DNA from: Raillietiella orientalis
Lineage: Eukaryota
DNA: 64,000 nucleotides
Assembly (NCBI GenBank): GCA_036172245.1
Contig: JAYWIR010000004.1
Coordinates: 1,302,001-1,366,000, forward strand
Reading direction: 5' to 3'
Part shown: piece by piece, positions 51,301-63,659 of the stretch
How positions within the stretch are numbered: position 1 is the stretch's first letter
Layout: every line of letters begins with the position of its first letter
Program-made: the position numbers and the translations under genes
Notes under the pieces: model-generated
What the model was told of the DNA's origin: nothing
Databases searched by the model: none
The model's input: the letters and a program-made list of their open reading frames with translations, nothing else

Positions 51301-52409
51301 TCCGTTCTCGGAACGCTAAATAGTTCTCGTCATGCCACTCGGGGAGACGACTCTTCTTCAACTTCCCTGCAAATTAAGACGCGTCACTCCCATAATGGCA
51401 CAAACTGTAAGAAAAACGGCAGACCCCATGAATCCTGCTACAGCATACGCATTGCTCAATGGTGCCAAGGATGGAGACCACCGTTTAAAGCATAGAGTTA
51501 ACATGAGAATGAGAGAATGGAGACGTGGGAAGTCTGTTCGATTTGGACCACTGGTTGCGTCTTCTCAAAGAAGAATTCTCGAAACAAACTGTAACCTACT
51601 CGCTGCACGAGAGCAACAGCTTCCGTCTTCACGGATGAAAGGGCAGAGCTCGAAACGCAAGGGGATGCTGACTTTCTTGATAGTCATGATAGCCAGCTTT
51701 TGAAGCTGTTCTCAGCCTCGTCGAACATCTCAGCGTGCTATGCCTAGGAAACACGAACATCTGTATCCTTGGTTGTTCCCCTAGGGATGAATTTCGCTCA
51801 GGTGCGCTGTTTGCTGCCGTGTTTACTGACTTCAGAGGATTCCATTTTGCTTTTCTTTTTTTTCATTTGCCCGCTCCTGTTTTCGGCTTATCCTGGCAAT
51901 CAACTCCTCGCGAGACGGTAATGTGATGGATACTCGAGACTTATAACGGAGGCTGGAGACTTCCGTGACAGTTCCCTTTTCCCTGACGATTTCGTCGGGG
52001 CTTTTCCATTGGACACTCTTGGAAATTGAGCTTCCTTCCTTCTTCCAGAAATCGCTTCAAATACCGGAGTATCGGTGGTGCGGACCAGTCAGTCCTGAAA
52101 ATGCGGCTCGCGAATTTATAAACGTCTGAATCCCCCATCCAGCAGTACGCTCACCTTGCCTTTTTCCTTCTTACAACTTCCCCTAAGGATTTACTGCTTG
52201 TATCCTTGATCAGCATTGAGACATCATGAGGCATGAATGAGCACAGACGTGATTGATCATCATGTTCCATCTACAGCGTTCCCAAAGAGAATTACTAAGG
52301 GCACCAGGAATTCCGATACTACCATAAGTACTATCTCATCACGTTTCCTGCATCCAATGTGGCCTTATCTTGCTAGGAAACCGCTTTGCTGACGCCATAT
52401 TTGAAGTCG

Positions 52410-52960
52410 TCTTCCTTTCGGGATTTCTCTTTTTTTTGGCTCGCAAAGTGCTGAGGAACCGTTCGCCTCCTTAGGAAGGGATTCACGAAGCTCTTCAACA
52501 CTGTCCACGCCACACTGCTATTCAAGTTGTAGGAGGTATTCCGGGAGGGGACCACCCTATGAATCCAGGAAGGGCTCCGGAGGAAGGAGGTCCTTCCTCT
52601 TACGTTTGGTAGGGAACCCCGAAGGGAATAGAGCACTTCTTCACACTCTGGAGAGGCATCGATCCACCAGCTCCATGGTACGAGATGGAGAGTCACCCTT
52701 TCCGGAGGAGAGAGGACGGTTCCATTTGCACAGTCGGAGGGGAACCCCGATAAGAACCGGTGCTCCGCTCACAGGTAGTCAACGGAGGCATCTGGTTCTT
52801 CGGCTTCCATCAAGCCGCACCCTAAGCCTCTAAAACCAACCAGAATCGTCCTGCCGGAAAGACTCGAAACCCACGATGCATCCTTCATTTCTCGGCGCCG
52901 ATCCTCCACGTGGGGGATTCGAACCCGCGACGCTCGGTGCCACATGTGGTCTCTGCGCGT
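52410..52960 (-). mobile_element. tRNA-derived SINE-like element, near full length
   Basis: B-box GTCGCGGGTTCGAATCCC (52914-52931); body matches 63670-63800; tail matches 62430-62630 and ends A-rich. Confidence 0.7.
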
Positions 52961-53559
52961 TGTTTCACTTCCATCAAGATTTTCTATGTGAAGTATCATT
53001 TATTAGTTATTGCAAGAAAGATGAAAATGGCGCTTTATCGATTCAGAAGGTTCACTTGAATGGTGAGTTTTCTTTCACAGCTGCGCGCTTTTGAGATTGA
53101 AAAATTCTCTTTACTGAAAACGAGAAAACAAGCAAACACGACAGAGCGTCGTCTTTGAGAACTATGAATGCGAAAGAATGGCCCTTAAAATTCTCATCTC
53201 CAGAGAAAAACAGACCCAGACAGGTCCTCGAGATGTTTTACAAAGTAGGTACAGTTCTCCTGGTCAGACCTGACCTGATTGTAACCTGAGGCCTAACTCC
53301 TGTGTGTGTGGCCCGAAAAACAACATGAATCACCCAGTGACAAATCTGAGTGAGCAGAGTGGGCGAATTTTGACTGCAATCTCGGTGCCTGCGATTCTCG
53401 AACTGTGCTCGCTGCAGGAAATCGTGGACTGCCCAAAAAAGACCACCTGGGAACGTAACACCCCACTTGCGGTCACGCTCAGCACCGTCCGACAAAGTGG
53501 ACATAGAGATGACCTCGTGAGATAGTAAGTATCTTGCGAGATCGCTGGAAAAAAGGAGC

Positions 53560-54280
53560 AGCTGGGATGCTGGACGGCTAGTCAACTGGCATGCACCCCT
53601 GCTGCCATCCTTCCAGAGGGTGAACTTCGCTGGGTGAACTTCCTCCTGAAGAGGCGGAAATTCCTCCAATGTTTGAGGACAGCTCCACCGTTCCCCTGAA
53701 GTGGCAGGACTCAGCATTGCAGTTGTTGCACTGGGAGATCCCAGGCGACGCACGAGTCCACCAGTGGACGAGGGGGGACTGTGGTCCCAGACTGTGCCAG
53801 GTGCGGGGAATGGGAAACCTTCCCGCACCTGTTTTTGGATTGTGATGCTCTCCTGAGTGTCAGGGAGTGATTCGCTGCGTCCTCCTTACTCCCGAAGGAC
53901 AACGGCAGAGAGGTGTTGTGGTGCCTCTTCACGCGTGACGCGGCGTCGCCTGCAGCTTCCCTTGAAGCTCTGTGCCGCCTTCGTGGGATCGTGGCGGCAA
54001 GAATCCGCTCCGAAAGAGGCCAGTCGAACGGTGAGGTCATCCTAATCGTCTACTCTTCATGAGGAAGGCGACAAGATGGCCACATCTCTGCCAACAAAAG
54101 GAGGAAGTTGCCAACATCCTCCAGAGGACGCTGAGGACGCCAGGAAGAAATCTGTGATCCCCTCCCTCCCCCTCAAACATTTTTAAACTGAACTTTTGTT
54201 CGTGTGTGTGTGTGTTTTTCTCCTGTTTACCCCTTTTCCCACTCCTCTTTTGCGGACCTCATCGGGGAGCTGCTCACGAG
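53560..54280 (+). mobile_element. L1/Tx1 LINE 3' end
   Basis: KWQDSALQLLHWEIP...CARCGEWETFPHLFLDC...AASLEALCRLRGIVAA; then TGATCCCC, a T-rich tract and GCGGACC. Confidence 0.8.
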
Positions 54281-54719
54281 AAGCAGCGCCTCCGACGCGA
54301 CATTTCCTTTCGCAGTGGTGAAGTGAAGCCACCACAAAGAAGGGCATTTTTTTTATATTTTATATGACTGTTTTTTGTGCAAATATTTTTTTTTTTTTTA
54401 CCACAAGCGCCTTGGCCCGATGAAAGTAACACCGAACGGAAATAACAAATTTTGCCTCAGAAAGAAAGCACCGGCACAGGTAATATGATGCTTGTTATAA
54501 ATCAAGTGAAGAATTGTTATCTCTGTTAACACTGGCACACAGTCAGTTCGGGGGGGGGGGAGTATTTCAATAAACGGGCAATCAAATTCGCTACAAAATT
54601 AATGAATTATTCATACCGAAGTCAGGCACTCAGCACAATGCCACATGCTTTCCACGTAATCCTAAACGAATGAAATTCAGGGTGGTTTTTCCATTGGTGT
54701 CCTGTATGTTGCATTCACA

Positions 54720-55680
54720 TCCGGGAAGCATGCAGTGCGCAAAAGTTAGGGGGAGATCACCTCCGGAGTGAGAGCACTGCAAAGGGGGCATCCATGGCAA
54801 TCCCTAGTCCAGAAACACATCAGCCAAGGGAAGACCATGCAGTGTGTGTGGCCATGCACCGCGCCCCAAGATTCTTCCTCACCAATGGTGATCACCTGAG
54901 CCTCATGACTGTAGATTCATCCAGCAGCTAGGCTGAATGTCCTACCAGTCAGGGCTGGTCCCGGATGAAACCAGAAGAACGCGCGTGTCGGCTCTCGGCC
55001 TTAAGACAGAAGACGAAACGTTGCCTCGCATATTGAAAAGTTGCAGGAAACGCTTTCATTTTTCCATTGTGCGAATGACGCGATTCAAGAGATGATCATC
55101 AAGGCCTCAATGGATGAAGCAAAGTGGACCCTAGTACCCACCAGCCAGAGAGCTCCAGTAACGAACTCCCTCTTAAGACAGGAGTTTGTGATATAAGAAG
55201 GAAACCAGTTCAGAGTGCTGGACGTCTTCTGTCCGTACGAGGGCGGAGGAGAGGCGTTCAGAGCGTTTAGGAGGAGAAAACATGAAAAATACAAGGAAGC
55301 AGCCCTCAAGCTAGGCAGAGAGGGCAATGCAGCGTCTATGTTTTCGACGTTAGTTCGCTGGGAGCCTGGGATCCAGGTCACGAGGAAGTACTACAGGACC
55401 TTGGAATTCCAAAAAAGACTTGGTGACGATGAGGTACCGGATGGTGGCTTCGTGCATCCGGTATTCCAGCCACATCTATGTAGCCCACGACACACGGCGG
55501 ACAGACAGACACATGCAGCAGGAGAACCCCAGCGGTCAGCTCTCGCGAACAGGAAGCTGAGGAAACGACGGGCTGAGGGACGACGAGAGCCCCAGATGAA
55601 TAGAGGAGGAATTCCGGAATAAAGCCAAGAGCTCCCCCTGTAACATGTTATCTAATTATAAATCAGAACAATGAAAAACT
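54720..55680 (+). mobile_element. Utopia/NeSL-like (R2 group) non-LTR retrotransposon 3' part with restriction-like endonuclease
   Basis: QGKTMQC...FFLTNGDH...DCRFI/ARLNVLPV...ETLPRILKSC...NDAIQEMIIKA...LRQEFVI...VLDVFCPYE...AFRRRKHEKY...MRYRMVASCIRYSSHIYVAH follows the Utopia/NeSL consensus (DWRFIHRARLN; ETLPHVL; PD..+DV..PFE...K..KY; MVSDTIRWSRDIYVEH). Confidence 0.8.
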
Positions 55681-55999
55681 GCCTTTAAGATTTCCCAGCA
55701 GATCAGCGAAATTTCGGAATCTGAAAAGTACACACCCAAATCACTTTTCTGAAGCAAAGGCGATGTGACGATGTGACCACGACATCCTTAGGAACAAGCG
55801 AAATCCAAAAGCTGCGAGCAGAGTGCAACTCTTATTTCTGCAGAGCTAATCCGTAAGAATTTCAAATCTCAGTAGCTGAAGGGTATGCACTCCGTGGAAA
55901 TTCATGCTCAGGTGGCATACGACTGACTCACTGATCATCCTGTGATCAGACAGTGGTCACTTATCATGCGTGACGATCGCCAAGCACCCGATCTGAGAG

Positions 56000-57550
56000 T
56001 ACGATTGTGGAATACCTGATTTTCATCTGAATTTTTATTAGCTGTGTACAAACTTGAGAATAAAAGGAAACTTTGTCACAACAGAAAGAGATCTTCGCTT
56101 ACAAGAGCGCACAAGAGAAGGTCCTTTTCCCCTCCAAATGGAAACAGCACCAGAAAACTTGGCTGTCGTAGTTAGGACTAAGAGAAAAGAGAGCAGATTT
56201 CTTTTTTGGCATCCTCTGCAAGACACTCCCATCCGTTATTACCTCGGAAGTTATAAAGGTATTTAGAGTTCGCAGACTCTCTCTGAGATGTTTGAGCATT
56301 CTCTGAGCGGCACGGCATCTCACTCCTGGCTCCTTGGGGTGGATTATCGATTATCTCTGCAGGAAAAATATGAAGGGAGAAGGGAGGGTTTTTTTGTTTA
56401 CATGACTCAGTTTAGCACCTTGGCAGGATCATACCAAAGATGATTTCTCACAATGGTGAAGTGTTTTTTTTTTCTGCTGGATAAACGCTTCTTCTATTCT
56501 TGAAAGGGGGTTTGTAATCGTTTCACACCATTTCAAGCAACCATCAAGTCTCGAGAAATGGTCACTTGTGACATGCGGGCTTTTGTGATAAACACATGTG
56601 GGATCTACGGATAGATTTCCTCAACAGATCCTCATTGAGATTTCTTCTTCAGCCCCTGGTATGACTTTATTTGGGTGAATCCAGGTCAGCTGGTGAGTGC
56701 TCTCTGGATAATTTTTCTCCTCGTTACTGCAGATGATGACTCCAAGGGATTTTCAGAAATCGAAAATTTTTCGAAATCTTCTCAGCAGAAAGCAAACATC
56801 GCTTGTGCCATGAGATCTTTTGCAGCCCCGATGAGAACTGCTAATTTCAGCCCAGGAACAATATCGTGCTGAAACTGAAAGAACCAGTCGCCGTTGGTGA
56901 GACGAGAAAATATGCATTGCAAGACATAGTGAGAAAGCTCACTTGAAAATGAGTTCGTTCTGATCTTTGTTGCAGCTTGCGTCAAAGATCTGGTTTGCAG
57001 AAGGTTAGAAAATCTCCAAGGACCATATCAAGGTTTGGCCAACTAATCCTCGAATATGATCTTACCTGAGAAGCCGATGCTGCTTGAAGACGGTGCAGCT
57101 TCAAATGTGTACCGCTGAGAGGCGGTCCTGCTCTTCGAAATTTGCTTTCCTACAGGAGGAGCTCACGTCATACACCCTGACTCCTGTCCCAGGAGTCAGC
57201 TGTTGCTAATTAAGAAAAAGTGTGGAGATCTTGGAGGATCTGATGACAGTCAAGTAAGGTGTTTTCCCGTGCATCATGCAAGAGTGGCAATTAGGCTCTT
57301 TTTCTAAAATTATGGAAATATTGCCACCAGTGGTAATGAATTACGAGGCTGTGGACTATGAAACATGGAGTAGCGAGCACAGGTTCCATTATTCGTGATT
57401 TTTCCTCAGCAGCATCTTGTTTGGGTTCACGATTCGACCTTGGTTTAACGTAAATTACAGTGCCGGAGAGCAACAATGCGATGCTGTGGATATTCACATC
57501 TGGATACCTCCATGGATACATGGACTCTGACGATTTCCCTCTTCCTTCCG
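56000..57550 (-). pseudogene. Putative decayed NERD-like nuclease/SF1 helicase copy F
   Basis: WRYPDVNIHSI...QDAAEEK...PCFIVHSL (57345-57515; GD.AE..V...F++H-like NERD start); then RLTNGD...IVPGLKLAVLIGAAKDL (56815-56905; LT.EQ/P-loop-like). Confidence 0.35.
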
Positions 57551-60224
57551 AGTTAGATCAGCGTATCGGGAATCGCCGCAGTGCTTCAGGGATTCCCGTT
57601 CAGGGAAAAATGGCGCTTCCAGTGTCCTGAATTGTAGATCTCGGTCGTCCTAGATATGCCTGAAATTCCACTACGGAGATCCTTGCAGAAGATCTGTTCC
57701 CATACCACCAAAGTTTCAGTTTTGGGAGGTGGTCATGCAGGCTAGCGATTTCAAGAGTGCTAGGATATGTAGCACTGACCTGTAGACGTGTTCAGAGATC
57801 GACCGGTCTTATCTGGAAGGGTGCGGATGATGAAAGGGATACGATCCGTCCTCCATTCTTGCGCTTCTCTCACCCTTTTAATGGCTGCTGATATGGTATC
57901 TCAACTACGGATATCTTTCATATCTCATCAGCTTTTCTTGTGCCGAGCGCTAGCATGCTCTTGCAAAAGATTCACATTCCATTCTGCTCTGCGTGGTTCT
58001 TCGAAAAAAAGAGGATATTTATTTTTGTTTTTAACATCAGTTCTGTTTTCGAAGAAAGCATGTCGACACTCGTGAACATGCTCAGGGTGAGCGGATGTCC
58101 ACGAACCCTTAAAAAAAAAAAAACATATTGCCTCGTCACGTGATGAAGTCGAGAGAGACATCTTGGGGCTGCAACGAACCAGAGTTCCCGTGAGCACTCG
58201 CTTCCTTGTATCCATTTGAGCGCGGGAAGACGGTGTTTACTGACAGGATGGTTGTTTATAGGCGGCGAATCGAGGAGCAGGAAGGGCTCCGTTCGTGGAA
58301 TTTGCGATTCTAGGACGGAGAAGCTTCGATGCTGCTAAAAGTGTTTTCTTGTGTCTTTCGAGGACTCACTTGGCTCGTTAACATGGCGCATGGGACTGCA
58401 TACACGGAGTTGGCAGGTTGTAAACGATCGGGAAGTCATTTGTATGTGCACAAATATCAGTTTTGGATGGTAAACGTTCCGGAGGGCGAGCCACGAAGAA
58501 GAGCAGCTGCGTCTATCAGTATTCGATCTGAGGAAACGATTCTTTTCCTGGAACCTTCCGGGCTAGGATTTCTAACAGATGATGGGTCAGCCCAGAATGA
58601 GTGATGAGGAGTGAGGTAGACGTACTGGTGCCCCACTAGTCAGATAAATTTCGCTGCAGATCCCAAAAAGCAGAGTGCGAAATCTGAGACTCCGTTCCAC
58701 GAGCATCACCGGCTCTGCAAGTACGAAGCAGACTGACGAACCAAAGGTGGAGTCTCATGAGGAATGTTGCTTTGAGGAGCTTCGAGAGCACTCTGCAGGA
58801 AATGGTGGCATCTTCCGGATCGTGAAGGAGTCTTTCGGAGGAGAACTCTACTTCAGTTCCGCCAAGCTGAAAACACAGATGGTGCAGAGACTCTGGCAGG
58901 ACACAGGAACAACGAAAGTGCTGGAAATCGTGATGAGCATCCGTGACAGTTATGGGCTGAGCTGCCAAGGCAGTTTAATGAGAATGATGATTTGTAGCGT
59001 CGCAGTTGATCTTTGGCTTACTAGCATATTGGTAGCTCATTGGAATGGTGATTTTAAACGCGGTTTGGTGGAGAATTTGTTCGGGGGAAGAGGAGGTTGC
59101 TGGTGATGGAGTGGGGATGATTACGAGAATGAATGGGTTCGAACGAGAGATGATGTTTAATTCGGACCTCAAGGACACGAGAGCCCGGAATAGGTGTCTC
59201 TCCTAATGATTGATAAGAGCTGAATTGTAGGAATCCGACATCAAAGAATGGACCGGTTTCACATTGGACGCGATGGAGCTCATAGTGCAGTGGACTTTCC
59301 GAAGTCAGATCGGTATATCGCAGAAAAGATTCCTTAGGTCTTCTTCGAGTTCAAGGTCTCACTTTACGTTTTCTATACACAAGCACAACCCAACAGTAAA
59401 ATTTTATGACGGCAGAGGTTTGGTGCCACTTCACAAACAGTCACCTGCTCTTAGCAGCGGGTGAAACGGCTCTGCGAAGGAGTCAAGTTACTGCAACTGT
59501 CAAGCGATCTCAGAACCCAGAGCACACGATCAGCAAGCGCGTCGTGAAATAGATATCTCTTCTGTGTGATTTAAGCTAGCTTTATGTTGCAAATCTGTGG
59601 TCCTGCCATCCTCCTGCCTACTGCACATTGACAAGAGGATGACGTGATTGGGTCATGATAGACTCAATTTTGTTCGATCCTTCATTGATTTGGGAACAAA
59701 GTGAGGGTAGAGGGCACCTAGAATAGGAACTAGGAAAGCTTTCTTATTGCTTTCGACAAAGGGACAGAACCAAGACGCAGCAAGATATTGCTTGATTAGG
59801 GTCAAGTGGGGAGACTGGTAGTCCAAAGACTAATGCTCGCGGAACGGATGCTTATCTTGAAATAGTAAACAGCAGATTCTAAGAAAAAACATGCTGAACC
59901 TTACCTGCCACGAAGAGAAAGAATCAAAAAACCTCACTGAGTCCTAACCGTAAGAAAGCATCATTGCAAATAGTCAGGTCACGGCACACAACATAAGTTG
60001 ATTTGGGATGCGCAAAAAAAAAAAAAAAAGTGAAAAGAAAGATGCAGCATTGCGTAAACAAAAAATCTCGAGAAAAAATCCAAAAGCTCAGAAATTGCTT
60101 CAGGCATTCGTAACGCTACCCGTTCTGCCCTTCTCCTTTTCGATGAAGAGATTTGTAGCCATCGTCCGGTAGGTCAGGCTGCGGATTCAGATGATTTCAT
60201 GATGATGATCGTACTTAGCAGAAA

Positions 60225-60450
60225 TCAACAAGCAGAAGATTTCGAACATTGGAGCTTCCTGGAGAAGCCTAGCCAACTTCCTTGATTTAGGGGAAGGGAA
60301 AGCAGATAGCCTTGGAAATCAAAGGCTTGAGGCGGAATCAACGGGGGTCGAGTTTTCGGAACACTCCATACGCAGATGCGAAAAGGCGCGGAGCTTTACC
60401 CTTCGAGAAACGTCAAGGAACCAGATTAGCGGCCGTCCGAAGCTGAAGAG
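60225..60450 (+). pseudogene. Death-domain-like remnant
   Basis: ATG-less open frame ISNIGASWRSLANFLDLGEGKADSL...FTLRE...GRPKL matches the +G..W+.LA..L.+....+D.+ ... T+..L ... GR..L Death-domain pattern. Confidence 0.45.
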
Positions 60451-61589
60451 GGAGGGCGCAGGTGCCGCATGCTGATGCTTCCGGAACACGAAGTGGGAAT
60501 CCCAACCGGGAGAATCTTCCAAGAAGCTGCGAGGATCCCCCTGCAAGAGAGAGAATTCGCTGGGAAGGTGCGTTGCTGTGCAAGAGTGGAAAGAAACTCT
60601 GATCTGAATTTCAGTCGAGCTGATTGAGGGAAACAAAGAAACGCGCACAAAAAGAGAAAGCTGATTGGTCAGTCACCCCATGCTCCAGGCTCCCACCACG
60701 CTGGGTTTCTGCGAACGGAGTGAAGTCATGAAGTCCGGCAGTTTAATGAACTTCGTCAAGGCTCCAATTCCACTTGGATCGCTCTCCACTACCTTAGGAC
60801 GTGACGCGTAGCACGTGACCTTTTTCCAGCTCTACTTCTCAATATCTGATTCCATCAATTCCGGAACCATTTGAATCATACTGTCGGGCATGAAAATCAA
60901 ACATCAGATGAAATGTTAGAACATGAGACGGATGTGTGGATAACGCGGTCGTATCCGTCTATATAAAAAAAAAATACCCAGAAAAAAACAAATTTACGAA
61001 GCGTTCAGATAAAAAATGACTGTGAAAAGGAACCCACGCGCTCGAAATAATTGGAATGTACTAACGTGCATGGGTAGCTCTGGAAACGCATCAGACTGTC
61101 TCCACGAAACTCGAAATCTTTCCAGGCCACCCAATTAACTCGTGCTCATTGACTCACGACGTCAACAAGCATCACGTATCAACGGAGATACATCAGATCC
61201 CCGTGGTCCCATCAGAAGACGATGAGGCCCAGACCTTTCGATTCAAACGCAGTAACTTTGGCAACTCTTCCTTGTGAGGACGGTTCGAGAAGCGCTTCAG
61301 AAGAAGCGCGCCATGACTCCCGAAGAGTTTCACGCAGGTTGCCAAACAAGTCGGCTTCGAAAATTTGAATCTTTTAGGAATTCCCGTGTCCACTAAATTC
61401 CGCGTTAAATTCCATTTCCTTTCCTTTTATGATTTCCGGCCCATCGCGTGGGACGTAAAACTCTACATAGTAATGTACGCGTAAGCCAGAACAGCATACA
61501 CATAGAAAAAAAAAATCCCTTACTCTGTACAGAACCACCTACCTACCCAATGTCCACGTCAATTCTTTATAGGACGATTATCACCCGCT

Positions 61590-62290
61590 TATGCCGGGCA
61601 TTTATTACAAGAGTAATAAAAGTACATGTGCAATGTACACGCGCAATGAACCTTCCGAGGCCCGGTACGCAGACCGGAGTGGTCCGCTTCGACAGCATGG
61701 GGGAAGGGAAGACAAAACACAAAAAAATAAACAAAACAGGGAAGGGGAATTTTTACACAGGAAGGAGGGGGAGGAGACTGAGGAAGGGATCACGGTACGC
61801 TGCCAGGCGTCCCCTCTGCATCCCGTTCAGGATGCTGGTAAGTGCCGTCCGGAGAGTGCCCAGATGGGACCATCTCGAGGCGGTCTTCAGGAAGATTCGA
61901 GCCCAGTGGATGGGGTCCCTGCCATTCGGCTTCCTCCTCCCGCGTTCCAGGATGCCACGATTCCGCGGACGCAGCAGAGAACTGCAAGGGGAGCGAGGGG
62001 CGGCAGTGGGGCACCGCGCGCGAAGAGGCGTTTTAAAGTGTCCCTGGAGCCGCCCGCCGGGGTTCCCAGGATCGTCGCGAGGAGATCTCAAAGGAGTCGG
62101 AGGGAAGCATAGTCCAACAGCAGGTACGGGAGGGTCTCTTTCTTCCCGCACCTGTCGCACTGAGCATCCACGCTCTCCCTCCGTGTCCAGGGGAGAAGAC
62201 GTGCTTTGCATGGGATTTTATCCCAGCAACACCAGCAATGCCGCCCCCTGCCACTCGAGGGGTAGGACGCCACTGTTCTAGCACACTAGG
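61590..62290 (-). mobile_element. L1/Tx1 LINE 3' end
   Basis: CDRCGKKETLPYLLLDY finger, C-terminus RDPIHWARIF, T-rich tract and hairpin GCGGACC-N5-GGTCTGC (61669-61687). Confidence 0.8.
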
Positions 62291-62353
62291 GACCGTTTCA
62301 CCTCCTCCGGAGGGATTCCAAGCATCTCTCCCTAGCGTACTTTATAGGATGAT

Positions 62354-62660
62354 GGGAATACTTCGGGGTTCTTCTGCTTTCGCTGCTTTCCTTCCAGCTT
62401 TTTTTTTTTTCTTCTGGTTTTCCTTTTTTATATTTTTTGGCCCTCCAGGAGTGCTGAGGAACCGTCCGCCTCTGTTGGGGACTCACGAGGTTCTTTGGAG
62501 CTGCTCCATGCTACCCGAGGGTGCACGAAACTCTTCTAGTTTTAGGGGGGTGCTCCGGCAAGGGACCCCCTATGAACTCACGAAGGTTCCGGAGGAAGCA
62601 GTCCGTTCCTCTTACGCTTGGGAGGGAACCCTGAAGGGAAACCACCTCTTCCTTGTTCTC
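62354..62660 (-). mobile_element. SINE-like element, 3' part
   Basis: Its reverse complement aligns with 63240-63532 and it matches 52430-52620 directly. Confidence 0.65.
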
Positions 62661-62699
62661 TCCAGAGGGACTCCTCGTTTCTTCTCGTTTCTTCTGCAT

Positions 62700-63535
62700 C
62701 TTTGGGTTCCGAGTTTCTCCTGCAATGGCGCTGGTTGGCTAAGACATTCGGGCGTGGCACCGGTGGTGGTTTAAACCGAAGGCCCCCGATGAAGGCCGGA
62801 ACAATGGGAGTCGACCTTCGGATGCTTCCAGGAATAAAGGAGTGGGGAGTTCCCCCTTCTGTCGTGCAACGGAGAGCGGACCCCCCTCACCGGAAGACCC
62901 CTCCGGTTTCAAGATGAAGCAGGAGTCTTCATAGACACCTCTCCGATGTTCAAAGGAGCGGACCCTACCTGTTGAGGGGGTCCCGCCGAGTCGTCGCCTC
63001 TTCACAGAGTGCAAGGAAGCAAGCGAGAGCGATTCCCTGCGGGAAGCTGCAGAGCCCCTTCTGAGTTTCGGAAGCGTCCCTTCGGGGTTCTCTTCAGAGG
63101 AGTGAACAGGAGCGGTTCCCTCCGGAGACGAAATTCCTACTAGCGGATCCTTTCCGGGTTCCCTTCGGAGAAGATGAAATGGAGAGGATCACCCCCTTCT
63201 GGAAGGTCCCTCCGGAGAGAATGAGGAAGGAGATTCCCTTCCGGGTTTCCCTTCGGAAAGGGTGGAAGGTGCAATCTCCCCTAGCGTGAGAGGAACGGAC
63301 TTCGAGTCCTTCCTGGATTCATAGGGCGGACCGCCCCTTCCGGAGTGCCCCTATCTTGAAGAATAACACGCACCCTCCGTGGGTGGCGTGGAACAGTGTT
63401 AAAGAGCCACGTGAGCCGCGAGGCACGCGACTGGCTCTTGAGGTTCTTAGCGAACTAAAAAAAAGAAAACCTGAAAAAAAATGCTGGAAGGGAAAAAACA
63501 GCGAAGACAGAGAAGAACCCAAAAGGATTTCCAAG
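62700..63535 (+). mobile_element. SINE-like element, longest copy, tRNA head truncated
   Basis: 5' part matches the 24.8 kb and 36.5-36.8 kb copies; 3' part matches 28130-28500. Confidence 0.7.
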
Positions 63536-63659
63536 AAGAATTTCCAAGTTTCTCCTAAGGAAGAACCTGAAAAGGGTCCGCTCTTGGAATTCCTTCCCAG
63601 TAGGAAACCCACAAGAGTACAGCTCTTTGTTTCCTCCTATCTCCAATTTTCCCTGAAAC

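Noticed and set aside
52905..52960. Functional tRNA gene (also 24732-24800 and 36830-36906)
   Set aside because: A B-box is present but there is no complete cloverleaf or paired acceptor stem, and each copy continues into a shared repeat body.
58675..59106. 143-aa ORF as a host gene exon
   Set aside because: No recognisable domain or supported splice model; left unannotated.
61448..62281. 277-aa + strand ORF as a gene
   Set aside because: It is antisense to a recognisable LINE C-terminus and 3' UTR; composition is shadow-like.
62354..63535. Single foldback transposon with ~300-bp TIRs
   Set aside because: Each arm is the 3' end of the SINE-like family and also occurs alone (28130-28500, 52410-52620); two opposite copies explain it.
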